Assembly: GCA_030704615.1 (NCBI GenBank)
Contig: CM060731.1
Location: forward strand, 88,226,001-88,290,000
Source of the DNA: Takakia lepidozioides
Lineage: Eukaryota > Plantae > Bryophyta
Direction of reading: 5' to 3'
Length of the DNA: 64,000 nucleotides
Shown here one piece after another: positions 1-11,800 of the stretch; the first letter of the stretch is position 1; each line of letters begins with the position of its first letter. The notes below the pieces were generated by a model that had not been told where the DNA came from, made no database searches, and was given only the letters and a program-made list of their open reading frames with translations. The position numbers were made by a program, and so were the translations under genes.

Positions 1-1690
1 TTATTCCCTGCCAAAGAAGCATCTCCGATTGTGTGTCCTCTCCTTTCATCTCACAAATAGCAATTGTCATTAGCATCCTGCAGTGGGTGTCGTAGACATG
101 TGCACCCATTGTCACCCACTGGTGATTTGTAATTCACTTGATATGGTCGAACATGACCAAACTGTTTGACAAGTTCCTACTCGTCATCCTGTCAACCAGT
201 TCGACGCCGCTGCCAGGTCCACACGTGGACATTTTGAATACGAAACAACGATCTGCCTCAGTCCATTGTCCTGGAAACCTACTTCCATGAATGTAGTCAT
301 ATCCACATCGTCGCTTCACCTCCAGAATGGAGTGCATATCCGAGCCACGCCCAATTTTCTGTTTGCATGAGACAATGTGGTTTCGGACATTCGGTGAACA
401 TACGTGGGACACCGACTCCAGCAATGCCTCCATTTCCTTCTCGTCGAGAGGAACTCTATCGGAGCCGTCTTCCGACATAATTCTGGCCAATGCCATCTTA
501 TGGGCGGCTTGGAGCTGTATCTGTTTGGGTTTGGCACCCGATCTCAACTTAACCTCCTCCTGAACGAGCTGCTCTGCTTCGTGGGCAGCCTCCCGCGAGT
601 TCCCCCTCGCCAATTTGTGACAATGGGAACCAACGTGTATGCAAGCTGGTGTGAGGTCAGGGAAACGGTGCAACACATAGAACTGCTTGGCATTACAAAC
701 AGACATGCAGTGTGGTGGTTCTTTGCAATGCGCACACTTAAATGTGGAGTTCGGAACCTTCTCCTGAGCTCGAAATGGTTGATGAGCTGTGCCTGTCCAA
801 TCGGTCTCGTTCCTGTGACCTCTGGATTTAAAGTGGAAGCAAGTTGGGGAGAAACACCGCAACGCGCCCGCACAAACAACGTAGCGCACCCGCACACCAT
901 CGAGCATCTTCATGCTGGTGGTTTTGGTAACGCACCAAGGATGACCGTCATGTTTTCTATCCATATCTGTCAACATTCCGGACGCCCTCGAGTAGTCCGC
1001 CCGAGGAGGGAACTCAAAGAAGATATTACCGTCGACGTCGGCGGGAAGGCATGTAACCGATTTAATTGCGAACTTGCTGTAGTCCAGCCCGGCCAGCTCC
1101 GACCGGTGTCCCTCCAGGTGAAGCCCTCGCAGAATTTCAAGAATAGATCGAACTGCGGTGCTCGTGCTGGGAATATGACTCCCTCCTCCACTGACGTCCA
1201 TTGAGGACTTGCCTGATCTCCAGGACGACCTCGGAACTTCCATGACCTCGTCTGAGTCGGACAGGTTGTGAACAACCCGGTTCTGGCTCGTCTTCATGGA
1301 TGGGTTCGGCTCTGGATTTACTTCGTTGCGGACTTCTCTCTTTGAGGTAGCCACTCTCTGATTCGCGGATTGTTTCGTGGAAGGCGCCAGGATAGAAGGT
1401 GCATTTGGCGGGCAAATAAAGTCCCCAACAGCCCTGTATATGACGCTGTCCAATGGTGGAACTCGCCATTCCCTGCCATCGCCGAAATCATCGTGGAGCA
1501 CAACAATACTGTCGACAACAAGGCCGTTAGAGTCCTTCCTTTCCTCCTCCAAAAAAACCGACCCCGGTTTCAGGTGGTATCGAACGCACAGATATTTCTC
1601 CATCACCCGGCAGGTGTCCCCTCTGCACGGAAATGAAGCTCTATGCTCGTGAGGAGGGCAGTACACTGTAGCGCTCGGGTTTTCCGCCAT
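1..1690 (-). pseudogene. MULE-type transposase, N-terminal half (GCM/WRKY-like Zn domain, start of DDE domain); nonsense codon at 134-136
   Basis: ORF MAENPS...; DGHPW..CAGALRC..C..CAHC..C..HxGxHxH resembles the GCM fold. VMFDHIK is the first catalytic Asp region. Near-identical to 50362-53951, which has HIKR where this copy has HIK* (CGA>TGA); the frame continues past the stop to base 1. Confidence 0.8.
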
Positions 1691-1949
1691 GGGAGATGTG
1701 CACACAAGACTCCCAGGATGGAGTGCGGGGAAGCTCCCTGGTAGAAGGGGGATGCAGCGATGGGAATGAATGCGATGCCGATTTGTCCGAGCGACGAAGC
1801 CTGATCCAAATCCAGGGAGCCAACTATCTCAAAAATCCACAGTCAGAGTGTTAATGAACCTTGTCTCCGGAATGCGGCCCCTGGTCTTTGCGCAATAACT
1901 GCCAACGGTATGCAGTCAGAAAGTGGGGGGCCGTCCGGATGATGACGGC

Positions 1950-2950
1950 TGAAGGGGAGAAGCCGGCACCGTGCCGTCACATTACTACCCCCGAATGGAA
2001 ATTCGGCACCCAATATCCAACAGGGGAAGCCCGGATGAAGTCGCCTCGGGCGCAGAGGCCGGCGCGTGTGCGACAGAGAACATCCCCTGGATGGAGATTC
2101 GGCGCCGAATTTCCATCCAGCAGGTAAAGGAAGTCGTGTCGGGGGGTCAGGCCGAAAACTGGCCGGCATAAAAACATCCCCAGATGGAAAAACGGCGCCG
2201 AATTTCCATCCGGGGCGGTTCGGATGCAGTCGGGGAGGGGGGAGAGGCCGGCACTTGGCCGTCACATTTCAACCCCCGGACGGAAATTCGGCACCGAATA
2301 TCGAACAGGGGACGCCCGGATGAAGTCGCCTCGGGCGTAGAGGTCGGCACGTGTTCGACAGAGAACATCCCTTGGATGGAGATTCGGCGCCGAATTTCCA
2401 TCCGGGCCCCCCCAAGGAAGTCTTGTCGGGGTGTCAGACTGAAAACTGGCCGACATAAAAACCTCCCCAGATGGGAAAACGGCGCCGAATTTCAATCCGG
2501 GGCCATTCCAATGCGGTTGGGGAGGGGGGAGAGGCCGGCACTTGGCCGTCACATTTCAACCCCCGGACGGAAATTCGGCACCGAATATCGAACAGGGGAC
2601 GCCCGGATGAAGTCGCCTCGGGCGTAGAGGTCGGCACGTGTTCGACAGAGAGCATCCCTTGGATGGAGATTCGGCGCCGAATTTCCATCCGGGCCCCCCC
2701 AAGGAAGTCTTGTCGGGGTGTCAGACTGAAAACTGGCCGACATAAAAACCTCCCCAGATGGGAAAACGGCGCCGAATTTCAATCCGGGGCCATTCCAATG
2801 CGGTTGGGGAGGGGGAGAGGTCCGCACCTGGCCGTCATATTTCAACCGCCGGACGGAAATTCGGCACCGAATATCCAACAGAGCGGCGGAGAAGCCGGCA
2901 CCTCTCCGACAGAGACCAGCCCCCGGATGGAAATTCGGCGCCGAATTTCC
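1950..2950. repeat. Tandem array of ~96-bp units (287-bp higher-order trimer), each carrying a GGAAATTCGGCGCCGAATTTCC-type palindrome
   Basis: Repeated ORF starts offset by 287 (2184/2471/2758; 2147/2434); palindromes about every 95 bp. Confidence 0.85.
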
Positions 2951-2959
2951 ACCCAGCAG

Positions 2960-4080
2960 GTAAGTGCAATCCCGGATGGATGGAAATCCGGCGCCGAATT
3001 TCCATCCAGCAAGTAAGTGAAATCCCGGATCGATCGAAATCCGGCGCCGCATATCCATCCTGCAGGTAATTCGAATCCCGGATGGATGGAAATTCGGCGC
3101 CGAATTTCCATCCAGCAGGTAAGTTGAATCCCGGATGGATGGAAATCCGGCGCCGAATTTCCATCCAACAGGTAAGTGAAATCCCGGATCGATCGAAATC
3201 CGGCGCCGCATATCCATCCTGCAGGTAATTCGAATCCCGGATGGATGGAAATTCGGCGCCGAATTTCCATCCAGCAGGTAAGTTGAATCCCGGATGGATA
3301 GAAATCCGGCACCGAATTTCCATCCAGCTGGTAAGTCGGATCGCTGGCGTATGGATATTCGGCGCCGAATTTCCATTAGGCAGGTATTTCATCGCTGAGA
3401 ATTACCTTCCTGCAGGTAATTCTGATCGATGAATTACCTTCCTGCAGGTAATTCTCAGCGATGAATTACCTTCCTGCAGGTAATTCTTATCGACGAAGGT
3501 AGGAAGGTAATTCCTCGCTCAGAATTACCTGCAGGAAGGTAATTCATCGCTGAGAATTACCTACAGGAAGGTAATTCATTGATCAGAATTACCTGCAGGA
3601 AGGTAATTCTCAGCGATGAAATACCTGCAGGATGGAAATTCGGCGCCGGATTTCGATCCATCCGGGATTCCAGTAACCTGCTGGATGGAAATGCGGCGCC
3701 GAATTTCCATCCATCCGGGATTCGAACTACCTGCTGGACGGAAATTCGGCGCCGAATTTCCAATCATCCGGGATTCCACTTACCTGCTGGATGGAAATCC
3801 GGCGCCGAATTTCCGTCCATCCGGGATTCGAATTACCTGCAGGACGGAAATTCGGCGCCGAATTTCCGTCCATCCGGGATTCGAATTACCTGCAGGACGG
3901 AAATTCGGCGCCGAATTTCCATCCATCCGGGATTCGAATTACCTGCAGGACGGAAATTCGGCGCCGGATTTCCATCCATCCGGGATTCGAATTACCTGCA
4001 GGACGGAAATTCGGCGCCGGATTTCCATCCATCCGGGATTCCACTTACCTGCAGGATGGAAATCCGGTGCCGGATCTCCA
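2960..4080. repeat. ~59-bp palindrome-bearing minisatellite arranged as a ~1.1-kb inverted repeat centred near 3500
   Basis: Units GCAGGTAATTCGAATCCCGGATGG on the left are mirrored by CCATCCGGGATTCGAATTACCTGC on the right. The central GAATTACCTTCCTGCAGGTAATTC repeats flip orientation at ~3500. Confidence 0.85.
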
Positions 4081-4189
4081 TCCATCCGCTCTCCGACCAA
4101 CCTTGCGGATGGAAATCCGGTGCCGAATTTCCTTTCATCCGCTCTTCCAATTACCTGCATGACGGAAATTTTGCGCGCCGACCTAGCTG

Positions 4190-4709
4190 GCGGATGGAAA
4201 TTCGGCGCCGGATTTCCATCCATCCGCTCTTGGAATTACCTGCATGACTGGAAAAATGGCGCCGAATTTCCGATTTTGGTGCAAGTCAGATCTGGGACTT
4301 AGCCATTTTCGGCCCCGAAATGGAAAAAAGGCGCCAACAAAAAAAAAAAAAAAAAAAAAAAAAAACAGCGCCATTTTTCCATGTCAGGGCCGAAAACGGC
4401 TAAGTCCCAGATCTGACTGGCACCCAAAATCGGAAATTCGGCGCCATTTTTCCAGTCATGCAGGTAATTCCAAGAGCGGATGGATGGAAATCCGGCGCCG
4501 GATTTTCATCCATCCGCTCTTCGAATTACCTGCACGACGGAAATTTTTCCGCGCCGACCTAGTTGGCGGATGGTAATCCGGCGCCGGATTTCCATCCATC
4601 CGCTCTTCGAATTACCTGCATGACTGGAAAAATGGCGCCGAATTTCCGATTTTGGTGCAAGTCAGATCTGGGACTTAGCCATTTTCGGCCCCGAAATGGA
4701 AAAAAGGCG

Positions 4710-4743
<34 letters not shown>

Positions 4744-5084
4744 GCCATTTTTCCATGTCGGGGCCGAAAACGGCTAAGTCCCAGATCTGACTGGCACCCA
4801 AAATCGGAAATTCGGCGCCATTTTTCCAGTCATGCAGGTAATTCCAAGAGCGGATGGATGGAAATCCGGCGCCGGATTTTCATCCATCCGCTCTTCGAAT
4901 TACCTGCACGACGGAAATTTTTCCGCACCGACCTAGTTGGCGGATGGTAATCCGGCGCCGGATTTCCATCCATCCGCTCTTCGAATTACCTGCATGACTG
5001 GAAAAATGGCGCCGAATTTCCGATTTTGGTGCAAGTCAGATCTGGGACTTAGCCATTTTCGGCCCCGAAATGGAAAAATGGCAC

Positions 5085-5119
<35 letters not shown>

Positions 5120-5461
5120 GCCATTTTTCCATGTCGGGGCCGAAAACGGCTAAGTGCCAGATCTGACTGGCACCCAAAATCGGAAATTCGGCGCCATTTT
5201 TCCAGTCATGCAGGTAATTCCAAGAGCGGATGGATGGAAATCCGGCGCCGGATTTTCATCCATCCGCTCTTCGAATTACCTGCATGACGGAAATTTTGCG
5301 CGCCGACTTACCTGGTGGATGGAAATCCGGCTCCGGATTTCCATCCATCCGCTCTTGGAATTACCTGCATGACTGGAAAAATGGCGCCGAATTTCCGATT
5401 TTGGTGCCAGTCAGATCTGGGACTTAGACATTTTCGGCAACGAAATGGAAAAATGTCGCCG

Positions 5462-5492
<31 letters not shown>

Positions 5493-6032
5493 AAAACAAA
5501 ACGCCATTTTTCTTGTTAGGGGCCGAAAACGGCTTAGTGCCAGATCTGACTGGCACCCAAAATCGGAAATTCGGCGCCATTTTTCCAGTCATGCAGGTAA
5601 TTCCAAGAGCGGATGGATGGAAATCCGGCGCCGGATTTTCATCCATCCGCTCTTCGAATTACCTGCATGACGGAAATTTTGCGCGCCGACTTACCTGGTG
5701 GATGGAAATCCGGCTCCGGATTTCCATCCATCCGCTCTTGGAATTACCTGCATGACTGGAAAAATGGCGCCGAATTTCCGATTTTGGTGCCAGTCAGATC
5801 TGGGACTTAGCCATTTTCGGCCCCGAAATGGAAAAATGGCGCCGAAAATAAAATAAAAAGAAAATAAAAATAAATAAATAAACGCCATTTTTCCAGTTCG
5901 GGGCCGAAAACGGCTAAGTCCCAGATCTGACTGGCACCCAAAATCGGAAATTCGGCACCATTTTTCCATTTCTGGGCCCAGTCAGATCTGGGACTTAGCC
6001 ATTTTCGGCCCCGAACGGAATAAATCGCGCCG

Positions 6033-6065
<33 letters not shown>

Positions 6066-6847
6066 GATATTTTTCTAGTTCCGGGCCGAAAACGGCTAAG
6101 TCCCAGATCTGACTGGCACCCAAAATCGGAAATTCGGCGCCATTTTTCCAGTTCTGGGCCCAGTCAGATCTGGGACTTAGCCATTTTCGGCCCGAACAGG
6201 AAAAATGGAAGTTGAAGACTCCCACAAGCTGAAACCATACTCCACACATGCACCACTTGCTTCCTTAACACCCGAGCTCTTCTTGAACTCCTCAAACCCT
6301 GCAACACTTGCAGAACAAGAGCTTCTTCACAAGCTCTCAAACTTTCAATGATGCTCTTCTTGAAGACCTCCTCTTGTACATAAACACCACAAGACTTTCT
6401 TCTTGCAAACCCTGCAACAGCTTGTAACTTAAGAGCTATCTATCAAGCTCTTTTCCACACACAAGTGTTAACTATGCTAACACCTTGCACTTATAGATGT
6501 AAGCAGGTCTTCTTCTAGTGATACGGAAATGGTGAAAAGAGGAGAAACCATTCTATCACGTTATATAAGTCAAGCCAATGGCACCTTTGCTAAAAGACTC
6601 CACCATACAGACCTCACCCACTCTCCATCTCAAGTACTAGAGCGAGTTCAATTGGCTCAACTTTTGTTTGACCACATGTTTTTTGAAAGCAGAGGCATAG
6701 CCAGTGGGTACTTTCAGGGCCGAAAATGGCTAAGTCCCTAGAGTGGCTGGCACCAAAATCGGAAATTCGGCGCCATTTTGCCAGTTCCGGGCCCAGTCAG
6801 ATCTGGGACTTAGCCATTTTAGGCCCCGAACTGGTAAAATGGCACCG

Positions 6848-6881
<34 letters not shown>

Positions 6882-6990
6882 GCCATTGTTCTAGTTCGGG
6901 GCCTAAAATGGCTAAGTCCCAGATCTGACTGGCACCAAAATCGGAAATTCGGCGCCATTTTTCCAGTTCCGGGCCTAGTCAGATCTGGGA
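4190..6990. repeat. ~375-383-bp tandem satellite; each unit is an inverted repeat around a 25-35 nt poly(A) tract
   Basis: Arms GTCAGATCTGGGACTTAGCCATTTTCGGCCC / GGGCCGAAAACGGCTAAGTCCCAGATCTGAC flank A-runs at ~4340, 4712, 5086, 5462, 5845, 6033 and 6848. A unique insert lies at ~6205-6710. Confidence 0.85.
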
Positions 6991-7114
6991 CTTAGCCATT
7001 TTCGGCAAGTAAATGCAATAAAATGTTGCATTTCAAGTCCACTGGTGCCACATTCCAACTTCACATGACCCTATTTCCGTGCCTCCTAACCCTATTTCCG
7101 TGGACTTACAATGG

Positions 7115-7189
7115 TCTGCTCATGTTTTTTTTTTTTCTGCTCATGCTCATGCCGCTCATGCTCATGCCGCTCATGAAATAGCAGCCCCC
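7115..7189 (+). repeat. Element terminus type A (GCTCATG repeats + GAAATAGCAGCCCCC)
   Basis: The same terminal string ends at 24046 and 59762. In all three cases it is followed immediately by an interrupted feature. Confidence 0.8.
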
Positions 7190-7703
7190 AGAATCAGGAG
7201 ACATCATTGTTTGGCTCTCTGTTTTCACAGACGCTGCTGGAATCAAGCAAGAGTCTTTGCGCGCAATGGAGTATCTGGAGGGCTATTACCGCTTTGAGCG
7301 AGGTGAGGGCGAGGGTCAATGCAGTCCGTGGGTCCTGAAAATTGTTGACCTCGATATACCAAGCTGGAAAGGGATGCCGGACAGATCACGCACGGCCTCG
7401 CTTTGGCGCTGGAACTGCTGCCAGTGGACCAGGGAGGACGGCACCGGGGAAAACTATATACGTGCAGATCACTCCGCTCTTCCAGTGTATGGAGACATTC
7501 GGCTGAGTTGCGAAGACGAATCGCACGGGCACATGAGGCCCACAGTGACCTTGTCAATGTATGATGGTGGTATCATTGATGGACATGACATTGTCGTCGG
7601 CTCCAGCAAGGGCAGCAGAACGACCGAATTGCAGTTTACCTTGAGGTGCCGCAGCAGTAATGAGCTTGTTTTGAGGGGTATCGAAGTTCCGTCGACTTGG
7701 TGA
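7190..7703 (+). pseudogene. Gene X (unknown function), 3' part; interrupted at 7189/7190
   Basis: Begins at AGAATCAGGAGAC (..ESGDIIVCLSVFTD..), which is internal in the copies at 22184-22592 and 57662-58303. Confidence 0.75.
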
Positions 7704-7904
7704 AGCCCATGTAGAAGGAGGAAGGGCTTAGTTTTGTCTGCAGTTGGTAAATGTGAGACATCGTGTCCGATCAATAAACCCATCGTACCTCACTTCTATT
7801 TACAATTTGATGTCTCATTTCTACAATTTGTCTGTCCGCATGAATATACCAGAGTAACCGGTATGAGAGTCCTGTGTCAAGAATATACCAGAGCAACGCC
7901 ATGT

Positions 7905-8665
7905 CGGCATCGAAATGCGGCACCGAATTTCCATGTCGGACATTGGAATGCGGTGCCGCATTTCAATGCCGACATGGAAATGTATGAACCGCATTTCAGT
8001 GTCGGACAATGGAATGCGGTGCATCATTTCCGTCCAGGTACACGAAATACCAACACGGGTCTATAAATTGGACAGACAACGAGGTTGGCATTGCAAATGC
8101 GGCGACGCATTTCCAGCTTGGCAATGGAACTTCTTTTTGGACAAGGGAATGTGGTGCCGCATTTCCGTCCAACACTTCGAAAAGTGTGACATTTCCGACC
8201 AGCGCGATGGAATGCGTTACCGCATTTCCGTGAGAGGGTCTGCAAATGGACAAATTGCGATGTCCGTTCTGGAAATGCGGCGCCACATTTCCATGTCCGT
8301 CATCGACTTTTTTTTGACAATGGAATGCGGTGCCAATTTTTGCTGATGGGCCTGTAGTTCGAACAACGACCATCCCCAATATGGAAATGCGGCACCGCAT
8401 TTCCAATTCCGCCATCTCGACCTCCTTGTTCGACCTCTGTAAGCGTGGTGGCATCCATGCAATGAGCGGGAGAGGCCAAAACTGGCGTGTGGACAAAGGA
8501 AATTTTGGAAATGCGGCACCGCATTTCCAATCGGCCGATTACTTTTTACTATGCCAACATTGAAATGGAAAATTTAGTCCCTCCCCTGTTTTGGAAATGC
8601 GGTGCCGCATTTCCAAAAGAGGTTTTTAGAGTTGCCAAAATTTTGGAAATGCGGTGCCCCATTTC
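7905..8665. repeat. Cluster of GGAAATGCGGYRCCGCATTTCC palindromes
   Basis: Repeated at ~7912, 7946, 8093, 8271, 8383, 8507, 8593 and others. Confidence 0.85.
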
Positions 8666-8802
8666 TGATTTTGGGAGCGTCATGGTTTGGGCGATTGTGT
8701 GGCTGGAATGCACACTGGAGAGGGGTCACGAATGTCGGGGAGAATTTCCTTTATATACTCTAGAGGAGAATTTACATTTACAGAGACTTCATTAAAATTC
8801 TA

Positions 8803-11800
8803 TTAATCTTGAAAATCATCCGAATCCTCATCCTGTTCTAGACTGTCCTGCTCCGCCTCCACCCCCTCATTGCCTTCCTCATCTCCAGCGGACTGCTCGT
8901 TGGCCAGGCTTTCAAAAATCCCATCTTCCCTTGCGGAACTGTCCATCTCACCTCCGTTGGGTCGTCTTCCTCCCTGTCTGCGTCGCTCTCATCCGCTGAA
9001 TCACATATGTACTTTTGTACCCGTCTACCTGTCTGAGCTGCTGCCAACTCTTTCCTTATCCTTCTGTCCTCCCTAGCCCTCTCCAAAATCTGCTCTACTT
9101 TACTGGGATTCTCACTTCTTCTAATCGCTGTATTTGCGAGTTTAGCTGCATAACTAGGAAGGGAGTAGTCCCTCACCGGGCTCGTCATGAAGTCGGCCCT
9201 CGCAAAGAACGGGACATTCTTCCTGGCAGGAAGTGTAGGCCCTACATGTTTCGACCCGGACCCTGCAATCCTGCACATGACAATCATCAACGAGACTAAT
9301 GAGAACCACAGTCCGGAAATTTGTTTGACAAAAATGACCCAGAAGGCTTTGCAAACTTACAATGTTTGCACTCACTCGTATTCCGGGTTCTCCTCCGCAT
9401 CAATGTCCACTGTGTCTTCCTCGGACTCCGACGAATCCGAGGAGACTTCCGCTCTGTTGGGAGCCTTAACATTCCGTTGCAGCCCTTCCAGATGGGATCC
9501 CCACATGGATGAATCCTCCTCGTAGGCAAAGAGGTGCCGGTCGGAAAACCGCCCAGCCCACATTGAGGCACCTGTTACAATGCCATCCACACATTACAAC
9601 ATGGCGCTTCAGGTGTCGCAAACTACATCATAACGAGAATTTGCAGAACAGCATAGATCAAGATTCTGCATACCTGTCCCACAGATGAGGTCCAGCACTG
9701 TGCCCTCCACGTCTGTGCATGTCTCCATAATTGTCTGAATGAAGGCAGGGCTCCGAGTCCGTGAGTACCGCAGGGGTTCCGTTGAAGTGAGGCTATGAGG
9801 GAGAAGTTCCTTGGGAACGTTGTTGAACAAAACGTCGTAATCGAGGGGGTCGCAGTTCGGGTCAACCTTTCCTCCCTCCTTCCGGAAAGCAAAGGTGGAG
9901 TTCTCCTTCACAAAGCAGTATGCATCGAACTGCTTCGTCTGCATACACAGGGGGGAACGATTAGAAACCGAATGCGGCACTGCATTTGAAAACACCCAAG
10001 CAAACGAATGGACGAGTGCCAGTGTCGTAATCACCTTCTTCCCTTCCGACCGAAGGCCCAGTGTGTTGATGCACGTCCACTTCTTTTTCAGAATCGAGAC
10101 GGCGCTCTTGCGGGTCCACTTTGCAATTCTTGTCTGAGTGTTTTTTCCTCTGCTCGCCAGGACAACCACACAGCCTCTGTCGTCCAACACCATGCGGGCA
10201 AGCCCGAATCCTTTCTTCCAAAAGTCCTCCGAGTACCTGTTCCAAGATGGCAAAGCTTGCAGTCCTTCCACAGGCTCTCCGTCCGGAATATCCAAGATGA
10301 TCATATCGCAAGACCACTCGGTGGCATTTCCGCCCCTCCTACAATCCTTGTCTGCACACACCCTCTCAAAGAACGAGACCATATTCTGAAATCCTGGGGT
10401 GTCGGAAGGCTCTTCGGCAGTCGCCTTCTTCAGTGCTCTGCCCTTCAGACCCTCCATGGTCTTCATGTATGCCAACTTGGCTGCCCGTCCATCCAAAGCC
10501 GCCAAGAAACTCTCATTTACACACTGGACTACTGTTTCGGGAGCCACTTTCGGCCTCTTCATTTCCACCGGCTCGAAAGGGTGCCCCCTGGGGGGTTGAA
10601 GAGTGCCTTCTTTGCCGAGCCAGTTCTCGTGCCTCTCGTGACAACGGTGGGCACAGAGGAGGCAGCCTGCGTTTGGGGGGTGGGCTGGTTGCAAAGTCTC
10701 CATCGGAGTCCTCTTCCTCACCCTCTTCCTGAACAGGCTGTTTCTGCTTCTTCGTTTTGGCGGGTGTCACAACAGCTGCTCCTTGCTGGCGAGTCCTCTT
10801 CTTCGACCCCTTCTGTTGGGCCTGCACAGCTGCATCCACCGTCTTTTGTGCCATCTCAGCTACCTTTCTGGATTCTTCCAGAGCAGCAGATTCCTTTGCC
10901 GACTTTGGCCCAGCAGGGACACGTCTTTCCTTTCTCTTCTCTTCTGCCAAGGCGTGCAGATCTTTCTCAGACTCGTCAACAATACCGCCAGACATATCCA
11001 GGTACCAGGGGCATCCAACGAGATGTGCGGGATGCCATTGTTTCTGCATCTCGGGTGTGTAGACACAGCTTGGGCCCGCCACGGTCCAAGCCATGAAGAA
11101 CGGGGGCTCTTGAGCCAGGGCCCCTGTCTAAAGAAGCACATATTTCATATACCTGCAAGGCAGTCAGCATGCGTGAGCATAAGATTGGACGAACCTACTC
11201 GCAGAGTGCCACCGAAAACATAAAATGCGAATGCGGTGCCGCATTTCCGAGACAAACCTCGTAACCAGGCTTCGCATACAAGGGCAGCTGTGCTTCACCT
11301 GTAAACAATTCGCATTGCAGCTTTCCCCGCTCCCTCCTGATGTGTAAACTCCACGCTCCTTCTTGCTGTCTGTAGCTCTCTGGCGAAAAGGTTGTCCTTG
11401 TACGCACATCTGAAACGTGTCACGTAGTCTTCCAATGTTTGTGTTCCATCCCATTTGACGTACAAGCCGAACGAATTTGTGTGCATTACGACTTGCTCCT
11501 TCGCATTCGACATTACCTGCGATTCCCAAATGCATTGTCACGTAGCAGTTCAGGGAATTCATTTCAGAAAAGCAAATCTGGGGAAGTACCTTGAATTACC
11601 TGGAACCACCAAGTCATGCGGTTGAGCCACACATCCACTGCAGGGTCGGAAACTTCGAGTGGAAAAGACCACATTGTCCTTATGCTCTCGATGCATTCCA
11701 GATCGACAGCCACCGTGTCTGCCATTTCCGATCCAATGTCAGGAGCTGGAAGAGAGTGGCTATTGCTAGGAAGGAACTTCAGTGCATTGAAACCTCACCT

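Larger units (their letters stand above)
1..7189 (-). mobile_element. MULE-like transposon, subfamily 1, internally deleted copy (transposase 5' part, expanded palindrome satellite, end A); continues left of the window
   Basis: Transposase ORF at 1-1690(-), TTCGG-type palindrome arrays at 1950-6990, and a terminus GCTCATG-repeats+GAAATAGCAGCCCCC ending at 7189 that abuts the middle of gene X. Confidence 0.75.

Noticed and set aside
1843-6995. Many ORFs with repeated MEIRRRISI / WKFGAEFPS / DGNSAPNF peptides (also MRCRIS / KCGAAFP ORFs elsewhere)
   Set aside because: They are translations of the stop-poor palindromic repeats, and the same peptides appear on both strands.
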